A stretch of 64,000 nucleotides of DNA from Lobosporangium transversale (lineage: Eukaryota). The DNA lies in NCBI RefSeq assembly GCF_002105155.1, contig NW_019028996.1, positions 62,001 to 126,000 of the forward strand. Direction: 5' to 3'. The position numbers and the translations under genes were made by a program. Position 1 is the stretch's first letter; each line of letters starts with the position of its first letter. Below the pieces are notes generated by a model. It worked only from the letters and a program-made list of their open reading frames with translations, did not search any database and was not told where the DNA came from. This document shows positions 24,675 through 38,911 of the stretch, in pieces.

Positions 24675-26429
24675 TAAAAAGAATGAAAAAAGAGAGAGGG
24701 AAGGTTGTAAGGATGACAGAAGGAAAAAAAAAAAAAAAAAAAAAAGAGAGAGAGAATGGCGAGAGGGGTAGGAAAGGCAGGAGAGTGATTAAAGACGTCC
24801 AAGAGAAAGTCTGAGAATAAAAGTATGTCTGAGGGAGAGGGAATGAAGAAGTTGAGTGGAGAGGAAAGAAAGAGTGAGAGAGAGTGCTGTTGTTTCCGTT
24901 CTTTGATCCACTTGAGTAGTCAAGAAAGAAATCCCTGTGACCCTATTTCTCTATTTCTTCAAATAGATCGACCAGGCCAAGATTTATGACGCTTTTTTAA
25001 ATAAAAAGACATGGACTGGGTCTAAGTGTTTCTGCTGTTCACCGTAGGTTGTTCCTGTGGGTGGTGTTTCAATTGAAAAAACCCATCACTTTTATTTTTT
25101 TATTATTTTATTCAATCATTTCAATCATGCGTGGGCTGGAAAAACGTTTCTTCGAGAGGAGAAAAGAAAAAGCAGAGCAATCTCAGAAATCTGAGTAGTC
25201 TATTAAAAAAGGGTGAGGAGCGTGCGTGCATTCACATTTTTTTTTTCTTTTTTTTTGATGTTACTCCACCCTAACCCTTCCTGATTTTCTTTCTTTCCTT
25301 TCGCCCTTCTTTTCCCTGCTCGCTTTTTTTGTGATATTGGCATGCACATGACTACTTGAATGTTTAACATCACCTCTTTACCAATCTTTCTCCTCTTCCT
25401 ACCATCTGTCTCTTAGTGATCTTCACAATCCGTAACTGAAAGGAAAGCCGATATGGAAGAAATTTATAAACCCGGAACGTTTGATCAACGAGGCAGCGAT
25501 GTCAGAACTGAGGTTTATCAGAAAAAAAAAAAATCGGAAGAAGGATTTAACTTGTCTCACTGCCATGGGAGACTAACAATGTGCAAATGAGGCAATAGAG
25601 CAAAGTTTGTCCATGTGCCGGAAAAAAAAAAATTTAAACATGCGAGGATCACAAATCTCTTGGTCTATGCTGTGGGCTTACCACAAAGAATAGCCTATTA
25701 GAATCGATCTCCAAGAAACAGAAGTCTGGCAACATCATGGAAACAATTCAAAAGCCTGTGAATATACTCACAAAGGTCGTTGATGAGATCCTGCGGAATG
25801 GGGCGGGTGATCTGACGCGTGTTTGATAGAAGTAAAAATAAATTAATATTTAAAAAGGAATATTCATGTATAATTTACATTTGTATATTTGGGTTTTCTA
25901 GCGCATGAATAAAGTGATGTTTAGTCGAGAATCACAATAAAAATAAAAAATCAATTTGAAATAACATGTACGCAGTAGAATACATGTAAATCTATATAAG
26001 CTTGACCGGAAGTTCACACGGATCGTCTCTAACATGTTCAACACATATTTCTGCTGTAGTTCTACATCCCTACTTCACAACTTCAGACATGTTGGTATTG
26101 TATCCACTGATTGTTGCAATGCGTCCGTCCTCATCAGTCACTTCTGACACATACAGGAGTCCAAACAAACACGCTCTGCGTGGCATTTGACATCCTCCTT
26201 TTTGGTGCATTTGACCCATTATCGCATTTTTGTTTTATTTTTGCCGCCAATGGACTATTTCTCTGCTTGCTCATCACTCAGAACTTCACATTTGAATCGA
26301 TTCATTTTCTTGCTCACACACACTCTCATCCGGTTACAATACGATCTCCATCGCTCATTCACACTCTGTATTCATTAAGCGGTGGTTATAATTATTATAT
26401 TGGACTATCGACATTTCCTTTCCAGACAA

Positions 26430-26462
<33 letters not shown>

Positions 26463-26721
26463 TTACCTCAATACCTTTCTTCCTACTCTTGTTGACTATA
26501 TTGAAGCAATAGAAGGAAATAGTAATATTAATAGAGTACCATAATAGCACTTGAACAAGACATCGCTCTTTCTTTTTTTTTTTTTTTTTTTTTTTTTGGT
26601 ATATCTTCGGCTACTTCTGTAACAAAAATTTGAAGTTCTTGACTGGAATTCAGGTCAGACATTAACCAACAAGGTAGTCAGCTTGGGTCACGACTATCTT
26701 CGTCTACACCCACAATAAAAT

Positions 26722-29090
26722 ATGGATGGAATGTCAGGATCCATCGGATTCAACGGCCGCGCTCACCAGCCCTCCAACAGTCCCATCCTAGTGCTCGAGC
26801 CAGTCAACGACACATTTGCATTAAAGTCTCTTGAGCTACCAGAGCACTCCAAAATCAAAATTGGTCGTCAGACGGGCGTTACGACAGCACCCCATCCTTC
26901 GAATGGATACTTTGATTCCAAAGTCCTTAGTCGTGTTCACGCAGAGGTTTGGTCAGAGGGTGGCAAGGTGAGTAACTAATTTCTTGAATGAGGACATCAC
27001 ATCAGCAGGAAAATAAAGAATAAAATGAAGAGCAGTTCTTATACATGGCTTTGAACATTTCGTTGGCCCAGGTATTTATTCGAGATCTCAAGTCAAGTAA
27101 CGGCACATTCTTGAATGGACGAAGACTCTGTTCGGAAAGCACAGAGAGTGAGCCCTTTGAGCTAAACCAGAATGACAACCTCGAGTTTGGTATTGACATC
27201 ATGGATGAAAACGGTGCTCGTAAGTTTTTTTTTTTTTTTTTTTTTTTTTTTTCCCTCCCTTCTCTTCATTTATTTGTGAGAGTACAAAATAAACCCCAGC
27301 AACAATGACACCAATTAGCTGCATGAAGCACGAGGTCAAAGCAAGGGCAGAAATAATACAAAATCTCCATGTTTGATAAGCACGAGGTTCATTTTGATTA
27401 TGCACTGACCTGAAGTCTTTCATGTGTGTAGTACTTCACGAGAAGGTGTCTTGCAAGATCTATATTTCTCGAATGTCATATCCTACACCAGGGAGCTCTC
27501 CACAAGAGTATGTTACTACAATTGTGTAGCTTGAAAAGGCCCATATCATCATATAATTGGCCCCCATCCCCAGGTTTCACTAATTTGACTAATTTTCGAG
27601 CTCTATTGTATACTTTACTTCTTTCGTGAATGAAGCTCCCATGCCAAGATCAGACCTACCTCGTTAACTGGATCTAGTATCAATCCGATCAAAACTACTG
27701 CAATTTCAATGCAAGGCGGACAAATTGAGAACATAGACTTGATCATTTCAAGACTCCAGAATGAGCTCACGCGATCACAAGAAACATATACGGACTTAGG
27801 GATGTTGAAGCATAGCCTAACGGAGCTGGAGAAAGCCATGACTGTAAATAACTACGACTCTAATGTAGCAAAAAAAAAAGAGTCAACAGTTGCTAATGGT
27901 GGAGCGCCCCTATCTGCTGCCGATTATCAAGAGTTATTAAAGCGAAAGGATAAGGTGAGTTTATATTTACAGAGGTCAAGTGAAAGTAAATTGATTACTA
28001 CAGTACGATTTTATTTTACTCATTTATCCATTTTAAAAACCAGGAGCATTCAGAGGAAATTGCGAAATTGAACAAAGAGTTTGGAGAAACAAAGGCTCAT
28101 CTGGAAGCTCAGAAGGATACGATGCGTAACAGCAATGAGAATGCAAACAAAGCATTGATACAAGCTGCATCTAAAATGGACCTTGTCATGGCTCGTATTA
28201 ATAGCATGGCCCAGGAGCATAAACAGGAACTTAAGTCAGTAAAGAAGGGGTTTGAAACAGCATTATCAGAACTGAAGGCCACGCATCAAGAAGAAATTAG
28301 CCGCATAGTTCTAGAAACCAATCAGGAGAAGGAAGAATTGAGAAACAGACATAAGCGGGAGCTTTTAGAGGCCATTGCTCAAGCTCGGGAGAGTATTGGT
28401 AATACGTTTGCTGAGGCAAAGGTTCAAAAAGCTCTGGAGCTGGAATTAATATCACTCAAGGAAGAGGTACAGGGCTTGCGGCAGTCTGAAGAAGCTAAAT
28501 CTCGAAAGATCGAGGCGTTGGCCAAGGAGAACAACGCATTCCTGAAGCAGTTGAATAACCTTAAAGCAGAGCTTGATAAGAAGATGCTACATGATGTTAA
28601 GGATAGTAGTAGTAACAGTTCTATCTCAGCACCTTTATCGACCACTCCAGATAGTAATACTAATGGTACTATCCCTATGCATCCAGCAGCATCGACAAAA
28701 TTAATCAGTAGTGCAGTAGACGGCGGAACCGTACAATCTGGAGATGGAATAGAGCCTTCGAAACATTCTTTAACAGCTCTTATTACTAATTGCCCGTATG
28801 CTCATGGTGACAACGAGTCCAAATATGTGTTTTCATGGTCGCAATTCGTCTTCCCCATAGCGAAGAGGAACCAGCCAGCACTGCATCAGGTACGAATTCG
28901 TGACGCGGATTTGTTTGTATGTTTATTTTTTTTAAAAAAATAATAATAATAATAGCATCTAATAGACAATTGAAATTATGTCTATCAGCCTTCGACAGTA
29001 CTCTTATCCAGTGGATTCATGCTCGTTAGTCTTGGGGTGTATGTGCTATGGTACAAGGCTTGGACGATTTCAGGATGTATTAGCTCCTAA
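26722..29090 (+). CDS. FHA-domain coiled-coil tail-anchored protein (SLMAP/Vps64/Far9-Far10-like STRIPAK subunit), 6 exons
   Basis: FHA motifs KIGRQT..NGYFDSKVLSRVHAE, IRDLKSSNGTFLNG and LEFGIDI, then a long coiled coil. The last exon (about 28990-29090) encodes a C-terminal hydrophobic anchor PSTVLLSSGFMLVSLGVYVLWYKAW and stops at TAA 29088-29090. Confidence 0.85.
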
Positions 29091-30316
29091 TGAAAGTAAT
29101 GGAGGTAGTTGTAGTAGTAGTTTTTTTTTTTTTTTTTTTTTTTTTTTACATGTAATTATATTAGGACATTGTCGCCGGTAATAGTGCAGCAATTAGACTA
29201 AGCCTAATAAATACAGCGTTTTAACTTTACAATTTAACTGTCATTCAAGATGGATTGTTTCAATGAAATAGTTTTTCTAACAAGTTATCCATTATAATGA
29301 TTTCTCCTCCTCGTGGCTGTATGTTGTAGTGTATTGCATATTTCAAATTTACAATTATGTCATTGCCAGTAAATACCGTTCTCTGATCAATAACAACTCG
29401 TCTTCAAGTTTAGAACCTTTGTAATATTTCAGAAATCATGATTAGCATAGGGACAACCCAGGAGACAACCCGTTTGACGTAACGGCCTAGAAAAGGGAAA
29501 TTTGGCGGCACCAAGAAATAAACCTTCTTCACCTGTCAAGCAGTACCTCAAACGCGAATAAATCCTCAAAATCAGTCATCAACGCTATATTTTCAAATAA
29601 CTTTATCCTCCCCTACATACTTGACGGCGATTCACCATCGATTGCCTCAAATGGAAACCAAGGAAAGAAAAGCTTTGGGAAAAGGCGTTGGTCCTTTACT
29701 TCCATCTAGTATACTGGGCAAGAGGTTCCAGCATCAATTAACACAAGGCATGGCAGATATACTATAGTAACCTTTAGGAGGTAGATATGCGAACTAAGTG
29801 CTGTGGTGAAAAGTACTAAAGATACGTCTATCGCGACGCTGTAAGGACAGACATCATTGTCCAATGTGTAAGTCGCGAGCTGGCTGGACTTCCTTACCTT
29901 CGCATCATAACTAAGGAATTTATTCTTAGCGATATTCTTAGACAAGGCAAGAGCTCATAGTTTAAGGATTACTCAAACTTTCTACTTGTTAGTACACTCC
30001 GCAACAATTTGTATGCATGTAGTCATTTCCCATGGAAGAAAACAGCAGGTCAAGTCAACATTATGTGCCCTTTCTCCACACTCCCGCACATTGAAGATTA
30101 TTATACTTTGTGGGGAAAGAAAGGGTAAATGCATTTCCGGCGCACAGGCATTTCATTCGGTTGGCGAATCGCCTCGATCAATAAAGTTATTGGATGTTTG
30201 TGTCGGTTGGAATTCCACTCTCTCCCCAATAGATTTCCCTTTCCTTTTCTTCCACTGTTATTTGCATGACCCTATTCCCCAACTAATTCCATTTCTAGTT
30301 CTTCCTCATTCTGGTA

Positions 30317-32680
30317 ATGTCAGCACTTCGCTTTCCAAAGATTCCTCCATCTGAACCTCAAGGCTCAGACCTTCTGGCTTGGGAACGCGGTCGCGCTTCT
30401 TTTGATGTCCACGAGCTGTCGACATTTCTCTATGGTGAAGCCTACTTAGAGCGACAAAAGCGTATTCTTTCGCTTATTGAACACGACCCAGCGTTTGACA
30501 AGTCACAACGATACTTTCTTGGCCGTACTGAACGATTTGCTGCCGCACTTCGCAAAGACCATGCGTTAATAAAGCTCGCTCAGAAGCATCGATGGGGACC
30601 AGATGACTTAAGTCAGGCCGACTCGCTGATCACAGAAGCTGGGCCTTTCGGTTTGCATCGTGCTATGTTCCTTCCAACATTGCAAGCCCAGGCGAGTAAG
30701 GAACAAATTGAAAAGTTTTTGAAGCCTGCATTACGATACGAGATCATTGGGTGTTACGCACAAACAGAGTTGGGTCATGGAAGCAACGTGCAAGGAATCG
30801 AGACCACGGCGACGTATATACCGGAGACAGATGAGTTTGAATTGCACACACCTTATTTGACAGCATGCAAATGGTGGATTGGTGGGTTGGGTAAAGCCGC
30901 GAACCATGCAGTGGTGATGGCCAGGCTTATTAGTGCTGGTAAGGATCATGGACCTCATCCGTTTGTGGTCCCCATCCGATCGATGGAAGACCATACTCTC
31001 CTCCCAGGTGTTATGGCTGGCGATATTGGGCCTAAATTGGGGTAATTTTCTTTTTTTTTATTTGTTTCTTGTTTCGTCAGCCGAAACTTCTAGTGGTTCG
31101 TTTTGGATAATGTAAACGCACCCACTGACATTATTAAAACTGGGCTTTGAAACCCAATCAGGTATAACACAACCGACAATGGCTGCATGTGGTTCGATCA
31201 CTATCGTATCCCAAGGATCTCGCTCTTGTCCAAGTACTCCAGCATCAAGCCTGGAACCGGAGAGTACATTAAACCACCCAATTCCAAGCTCTCGTACGGA
31301 AGCATGGTCCTCATCCGTGCTTCTCTAGTTGGAGGAGCGCGCCAAGGTCTAGCCAAAGCCGTGACGATTGCGGCACGGTATTCTGCAATCCGCCGTCAAT
31401 TCGTGGACAAGGACGTACCTAAAGTGATCGAAGATAGTAGTAGTCATAAAAAGACAGTAGTCGAGACGCCTGTCCTGGATTATTCTACACAACAATATCG
31501 TATCTTGCCATTGATCGCTACTTCATATGCGTTCTTTTTCACGAGCAAAGAAATGATGAGATTATATAATGTCAATGTCCACAACATGACCTCGGGCGAT
31601 TTTTCGTTGTTGGCGGACGTACATGCGTCCAGCTCAGGGTTGAAATCCCTGACGACCACCATGGCGGCTGCAGGTATCGAGGAGTGTAGGCGCTGCTGTG
31701 GTGGACATGGATTCTCGAGCTTCTCAGGTCTTCCACTGTTATTGCAAGATTATGGTAAGCTCATTTGTTTAATTGCATATGGAATGCTAATCCTGTCTTT
31801 ATCAATTTCTAAATATTAATAATAATACAATTGGCGTCGTGTTTTCTTATGGTATCCAATAGTACCAAATGTTACGTGGGAAGGCGACAATTACATTCTC
31901 TCACAGCAGACAGGCCGCTATCTCTTCAAGTCCTTCCGCGAGCTTGTAGCAAAACGTGCATCTGGTGAACGGAATACAGCATTACAGATCAACAATCCGA
32001 CACTGGCATACATGAATGCCTATCTTGAGAATCCATCACTTAAATGTCCCGTGACCTCTGCTGTCCAATTCCACAACCCAGAGATCCAATTGACTGCATT
32101 TGGACACCGTGCAGCCCATTTAGTTGCTCAGGTTGTGCACGCGTTGGATGTTGAGAAACGAACCTGGAATTCAATGCTGGTCGATATTTATAACGTCTCG
32201 ACTGCTCATTGTCAGTTCGTTCTAGTTCAAAACTTTATCCTTGGGATCAGGGGGGAGATGCCTCAACCTAATGGGGTCGTAGATCCGACCGCCTCCTTGT
32301 CAAGCAGTGCTAAACAGGTCTTGACAAGGCTTTCGGACTTGTTTGCGTTGCACATGATCCACAAGGAGCCAGGTCAGTTCTTGGCTTCAGGATACTTAGA
32401 AGCCAAGCATCTTAAATGGCTTGGAGAGGCGATCATGGAGCTTATGGAAAAGAAGATTCGTCCTGATGCAGTTGCATTGGTGGACGCATTCGCGTTTCCG
32501 GACTACATGCTCCATAGCGCCATTGGTGCATATGATGGGAAAATATATGAACGTTACACAGAGATGGCAACACATGAACCCTTAAACAAGACTGAGGTCG
32601 TTGCCGGTTATGAACAGTATATCAAGCCCTTCACAAATCCCAAGGGTTTGAAGGGCCACTTAGTGCAATCTCGACTTTAG
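30317..32680 (+). CDS. POX1: Peroxisomal acyl-CoA oxidase, 3 exons (approx. 30317-31041, 31162-31754, 31863-32680)
   Basis: CYAQTELGHGSN, KWWIGGLG, GDIGPKLG, CRRCCGGHGF, catalytic TWEGDN, and a C-terminal PTS1 tripeptide SRL. Confidence 0.95.
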
Positions 32681-32835
32681 ATCAAGACATTCTTAGGTTC
32701 ATGACACAAATACAAATTATTAGCACACCAGGTTGTTGAGTAGATGCATACCATGATGAACTGGTTGGATATAATAAAAACTTTGCTATCATATTATTTT
32801 ATTTCGTCTAGAAGAGTGCAAAAAGGGAGGGAGCT

Positions 32836-34634
32836 TTACAAATATGCGGGATCAAGACCAGTTGGGAAACGTCTTGTTTCGCCATTATGAATGTCAATAT
32901 CGCCCGACGGTGGCGCTGCCTTGGTAGTACTTTGAATTCCATATGATGTGTCCTAGAAATAGACAGAAGGAAGGATGATAAAAAAAAAAAAAAAAGTGTT
33001 AGATTGGAACACAAAAGCACCGAGAGCGATTGACTATTCTTTTTTTTTTTTTTTTTTTTTTTTTTTGGCATACGTCCAAGAACTTGGTCTCCTCTTTTCC
33101 AAGACGGAACCGTGAGCGATTAATTTTAGTTTTGATGACTTCGTCAAAAAACATGATTTCAGGGTCTCCAGGAGAGCGATCAACGCGGTCCTGCACAAAT
33201 TGTACAAATGCCTGTGATTCTGTAAACGCCGTCATAAACGGCTGAGAAAATAGGATACATATAAAAAAGATTCATCTATCAATAATCAGATAATAGTGTA
33301 TAGCAGTCGTCTCAAATCTAGAAATAAAAAAAAAAATAAAATAAAAAAACATCTATACTTCGCACTGACACTGAGATGTCCTTATTCAACACTCACCTTG
33401 GCATCCTTGTCCACAGTCTTCATAAAAACATCTCGATGGAACCGAACCACATCGCTCATTGCACTTCCACCCGTTCCCCGTCTTGCTCTTGTCACCGGTT
33501 GCTGCTGTGTCGAAGCATCTTCAATGGTCTGAGAAAATCCAACTGCTGGACTCTTTACACTTGGAGTCGATGGCGTATTAGTATTTGTTGTACTGCTGCT
33601 CCTGCTGGCCCATCCACGGAGACTTGCCCACGTGAACCGCAGATCTTTAGTTTCCTTCTCGACTGCACTTCCCCAGTCTTCACTCCCACTGCTTGACCGC
33701 TGCCTTGTGTGCCCAGAAACCCCTCTAGGGTTTTGTGCCTGCATGTAGTGTTGCTGTTGAAACTGCTGCATCTGATGCTGGAGCGCTTGCTGTCCTGCTA
33801 AGATGCCTGATCGATATCCCTTCAACAACCCTGCCCACATTTGCAACACACTCCAGCAGATACCAGATTCATCGAACCCGCAAGGAACACATGGGTATAG
33901 CAATTCCTCAATACATCCGGCATGAATAAGTAGTGAGCATCCTTCGCATCGATAAATTTGTTGATGAGATGCTAGGACATGTGAACAGATGCCACAACAA
34001 CAATTAATCAGAGCAATTGGAGCAGGACTAGGGACAGAGCTGAGGGCATGACCTTCTTTGAGTATGGGAGCTATACTTGGTTCTGGCTCAGCTTCCTCAA
34101 TAGAGCCAGCGCCTCCGCCTCCTACACTGCTGCCGAGAAGAGTTGAGCTGGCATTATTACTGGTAGTTGTAATGGAGTATGCACTCATATTGTGCACAAG
34201 GGGAGGCAATGACGTAGTAGATGATGATTCATAATGCATGTAGTATGTATCTCCTGGCTGTGTTGACCCATTGATACTTGCCATCGTATTTGATGTCATT
34301 GTTGACAATGGAGAACCAGTGTGGACTACAGAGCCTTGGTGTCTGGACCTTGACGATTCAATAGAGGTCATTGATGACTTGTGTGATAACGCTCTAGTTG
34401 GAGTATCAACAGATGCCAAATAGCTGCACTGGATACTGTTTATATTGACATTGGAGGACGATGATGATTGCTGTTGTGCTTGTTGTTGTATTGAGGAACC
34501 TGAATCTTGTCTCTTATGTGCCTCAAATAAGTTTGCATGAGCGCGTTGAGAAGTCAGTACTTTACGCATCGCTGTAGTAACCTCAGTTGTGTTCTATTTA
34601 TGTATAAGATAAGTATTAGAGAAATTCTCTACCT

Positions 34635-34669
<35 letters not shown>

Positions 34670-37600
34670 TGCTCGGGTGCAACCTTGTTATTCCTCGGAT
34701 CTCTGTTAGTTCCTTCAGCCGTTAAGGGCATATCCGTAACACGCGCTTGGTCATCACTGGAGGCAAGGACTATTTTCATTTCATCTGCTAGCCCCTCCAT
34801 TAACGTTTCCTTCTCAAATTCCATCTTAGGGATTTTGGGTAGAGAGGCAGGATGTAAACCGTTATGAGTCAATGTATTAGTCGAAGAGTTTCTACTAATT
34901 CCTGAGCATGATGATACATCCTGTACAGAAGAAGATGCGCTGGTTATGTTTGAGAATGCTGAACCAGCAGGAGGACGTAAAGAGTCCGTCCGCACGATGC
35001 TCCCTCGACGTGGCGCTCGGGAGACACCGCAAAATAAGGTTAGCCTTGAGTATGGATAGGCCTCTTGAACGTACTTGGGAGGGCCTGAGACAGAATCAAT
35101 ACTGTAGGCAGTTGGCGCCGTGGAGGCTGTGACGGCGGCAACCAGGCGGCGACGAGCAGAGTTTGTGCAAGATGGAGCATATTGCTCGAAGGATTGGATT
35201 AGCTTTCTACGCGGCCGTGGAGGCAATGGAATAGGCGGCAACTGGACATTCACTGTTCCTCTATCCAAATCTACTACACAAGCCTGTTTCATCATTGATG
35301 AGATAAATTAATAAGCCTTACCAATAAAAGAAGCCTCATAGTAATGAAAAAAATATAATGCTTCTGTTATCTACTTACTTCTTCGGGTGGGAAGTCGGAC
35401 TCACAACAGCTTCGTTTCACGCCGATAATATAAGGTACAGGCGCCTGAAGACATGTCATTAATGCTCCTGGGAGGATTGGGATATAAACTCCATGCCAAT
35501 AAAGTGGGAAGAACATATACAGGAGACTTTCGGCCGCTAATGTCAGCATCCCTAAGTGAGAAGAAATAAAGATAATCCTGCCTTCGGACAGCATAACCTA
35601 TCAAAGAGCGAAAATGTTTACACATATTAATACAATCACTACTCAGTAATAATGATAATGAAAGTTTGTTTTACTCACTTCAATCAAAGTAACAATATCC
35701 TCAGCTGAAATGCACCGGAATAGCGGATACAAGGAGAACTATAGTAAATTAAATAAAGCGCATTTAGTAGCCATTTCAGGATCGTGAAGCCATCGAACCC
35801 AAATAAAATAATCTGCGTTGACGAACATTTTTCACAATAGGAACGCTATTTAGAGCCGGCCTGGATGCGTAAATCATGCGGTCATTGATGGTGATTCCAA
35901 TCTCCAGTTTTCCGAACGGAGGGATACCAACGTCATGGATAATGTTTTTCACATAACTATCATATCAACCAAAGCATAAAAACGTTAATAAACAACAGTA
36001 CTTTGCGGCACACATCACATTAGATCTAAATATATAAATACATATAAAAAGACCTTTCAAGTCGGAAAGAATTTGAGCTCAATCCAGGATGCTCCACGCC
36101 ACCTGAACATGCCACAACCACTGCCAACAGCCAATCTCTCAGCAGATAATGATATGGAACCGCGCTCACAAGACCCACACATCGTGGGATCCAAACATCC
36201 TCGGGCTCCACGAAGAGTCTCTTCCAAGGCTGCATCTGATCCTCTAGCAGCGCCAACTTTTCTTCTGAATCAAAGATGTCTCGCTTCAGATCCAGAATCT
36301 GCGGCTTCCTTCCGAGAGTCTGTTCTTCTTTTAATCTGTTTCGTAAACTATGGAGTGTTGCTCGTTCCCGTGATATCTTAGTCTTGATGGCCTTCACATA
36401 TTCCATCTCGCTCTCCGACTGAATCGTCAGATAAATGCAAAAATCAAGGATTTAGATATGTGGAGGCAAGAGTGATAAATTAGATGGCTACACTTGGAAG
36501 ATTACCACGCCAATACATCAATTATTTTGAAATCCCTCTGAGCTTAAGGTGCATACCATGTGGTTCCTAGTCCAATGTTCACAGAGAGCTATAAATTGCT
36601 GCTGCATGGATGTAGGTAGCCGTTCATAAATAGTTACACACACTGCATATGATCGATTCCCGGTTTCCTGTGTCATGACAAAGGAGTGATATGTGGTTGG
36701 TGGTCGTTCCTCTTGTAATACGAAGGATAGCCCTCCTGGAAAGCAGAACTAAGAATGATCGACGAATTCATGAGGATGAGCTTTCTTCTTCTCTTGTTCA
36801 GGTGCAATTACCATGTCAAAGAAATTAACAGAGCTCGGGTTTCTGTAATAAATGGGGACTCTATTTTTACTCGTCTTCGGCCATATTCAATGTTATGGCT
36901 TACCATTGGCAAATGAGGTGGGAAGGCCTCTGCATCCTCCCAGTCTGTCTCTGGATACCGACAAGTCACAATGGGATCAAAGAGCAGCTCTGCAGGATGT
37001 ATATCTGGAGATTTCCGTGCTGATTCCTGTGTTAATTCCTGCGTACCTCCTGCTTGAGCGTTGTCAGCTCCGTGGACGATTTTGGACCGACTCCGGACTA
37101 CAGCCATATTTTTTTCAAAAGTTAAACACTTCTTGTCCTGTACCGAAAATCTAGTTTTCCCTTGCTGTTGGATTTTGGAAAGTGCAGGTATTTGTGTTGT
37201 CATTGCATTCATATTCAATGGACTTGTGCTTTGTCGCCTCATGTTAGAGACTTCGTTATATTCATGGATATCAACGTGAATAAAAATAAAAATAAAAATA
37301 AAAATAAAAATAAAAATAAGAATCAAGGTTTTGATTTGTATGAGTGAAATTTTTTTGTTTTAGTACATTATAAACTCTCATGATCACTTGAAAGGCATCA
37401 AAGGCCGAGTGATCAAAGTCAATCCCATACTTATTCTAGTTTCCGCTACTGCTGCTATAGGACTATGATTAGTGTGTTGCTCTGCTGTGTACATTTCATG
37501 ATCATCATCATCATCTCGGACCATCATTGGGTCCTTTGCTATTTCTTGACGGATCCCTTCCTGCACTGTCCTGAAAAGCGTTCCTGCAGATATGTGTCGA

Positions 37601-38290
37601 TAACTTGGTTTGTGCCGAAGTCTTGTAGTGTTATTCTCTACAATATTAATATCACTCAATGTCACCGACCTCCTATTGGGTCGCCTTGATATGGCCAAAG
37701 CAGCGTTGATGGCTGTCTTTGGAGCTGCTGTGACCGCAGATCTCTCAGTAAGTGCCGAATCTATGACTGAATAAGGCGGCGCAAGTGCTGTTACATTGCA
37801 CAGTATAGAAGATCAGAAAAAGTGTTCCAAATATTAGATGAAAATACAAAAAGAAAACCTGCTTTGATTGTTACGTTCGGTTTCACATACTTCGGGAAGG
37901 GGGAGTTGAAGATTGATTATCGAGGGTGGCGGAGGTTGGATGGGGGCGAGTCACTTGTGCCATGGACTTGGACCGTGCCCTTTGGTTGGACCTGGTTTTA
38001 CATGTCTCCGTTGCTTGTGTATGTGTCTGCGGGTTGTTTGCAATGAAAGCTAAAGCTGAGGCTGTGTCACCATTGAAAAATGAGCTGTGCACAAAAACAT
38101 CCTGACCCTGACCCTGACTCTGACTCTGTGGCGGATATTGTGTTTCGCTTGTAGGACTAACATCAGACGTGAGGGGTTCAGTTGGAGGGATGTCTGATGC
38201 TGCCAATAAAATGTCATCCCTCAAGCCGACCATGAAAAAATAGTCAGCAATACGCTTCGGAGGTAATGATTGTCCTGTCATGGATGTCAT
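32836..38290 (-). CDS. DENN-domain protein (putative Rab GEF) with a C1-type zinc finger, multi-exon
   Basis: uDENN RIADYFFMVGL, CRYPETDW..FCFPGG..YHSFVMT; cDENN MLSEGRIIFISSH..FPLYWHGVYIPILP..LQAPVPYIIGV; C1-like H..CGICSH..YRCEGCSLLIHAGC..C; dDENN FTESQAFVQFVQDR. The last exon ends RFPTGLDPAYL* at 32836. Confidence 0.9.
37279..37319. repeat. (AATAAA)n hexamer repeat inside a DENN-gene intron
   Basis: Seen directly; it produces the spurious IFIFIF and NKNKNK translations in the ORF track. Confidence 0.85.
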
Positions 38291-38520
38291 GGATAGAAGG
38301 TATCTGTGAGTTGGATGTATGAAATATCTATGTGTGTTGTCAATGATATATGAGAAACAAATGCATGTACTAAAGAGAGGAGAGGACAGAGGGAAAAGGG
38401 AGGATACAAGAGGGAAAAAGAAAAGAGAGAAGAGACCAAAAGTTTGCCTTTAAAAGATATATTAATAAAATAGAATTAAACTGAATGTATTCAACTCAGG
38501 ACAATGAATCAATTGACATT

Positions 38521-38625
38521 TCGTCATCTACATCATCTACCTCTACCTCTACCTCTACATCATCTACATCATCATCTACATTTATATTTACCTATCCCTA
38601 TCTTTACATCTACATTTACATCCAC
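38521..38625. repeat. Degenerate (TCTACA/TCTACC/TTTACA) hexamer array upstream of the DENN gene
   Basis: tcatctacatcatctacctctacctctacctctacatcatctacatc... seen directly. Confidence 0.75.
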
Positions 38626-38911
38626 TTCTGGATTATGTCTACATTTACATTTGCTGCTATTACACTGACGAGCGAGACCAATGGACGCCAAAGGTGTGGC
38701 ATGATAAGGCTTGCTCGCATTAGAGTTTAATTTAAAAAATATGTAAGTATAAAAATAAAAATTATTGGCTCTCATAATGGACCTTGAGGAAATAATTTGT
38801 AGAATGGCAAGACAAATATCGTGTGAACATGAACAATCTTTTATTTGTATTAGATGAGCACTCTTTCATAAAAGTGCACTGCGAGGATATACGTGTATTT
38901 TCGGCCATCCA

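Noticed and set aside
27326..27388. 11-nt direct repeat AAGCACGAGGT in an FHA-gene intron
   Set aside because: Only two short copies and no element structure; compatible with chance or a small local duplication.
34560..34670. Apparent frame break in the DENN gene if the CAG acceptor at about 34572 is used
   Set aside because: The upstream AAATAG acceptor (about 34594), after a CTAAT branch site, restores the frame (EQ|NTTEVTTAMRK), so no frameshift or readthrough is needed.
38521..38625. Repeat array as a possible CRISPR or telomeric repeat
   Set aside because: It is a degenerate short microsatellite with no spacers and does not match TTAGGG-type repeats.
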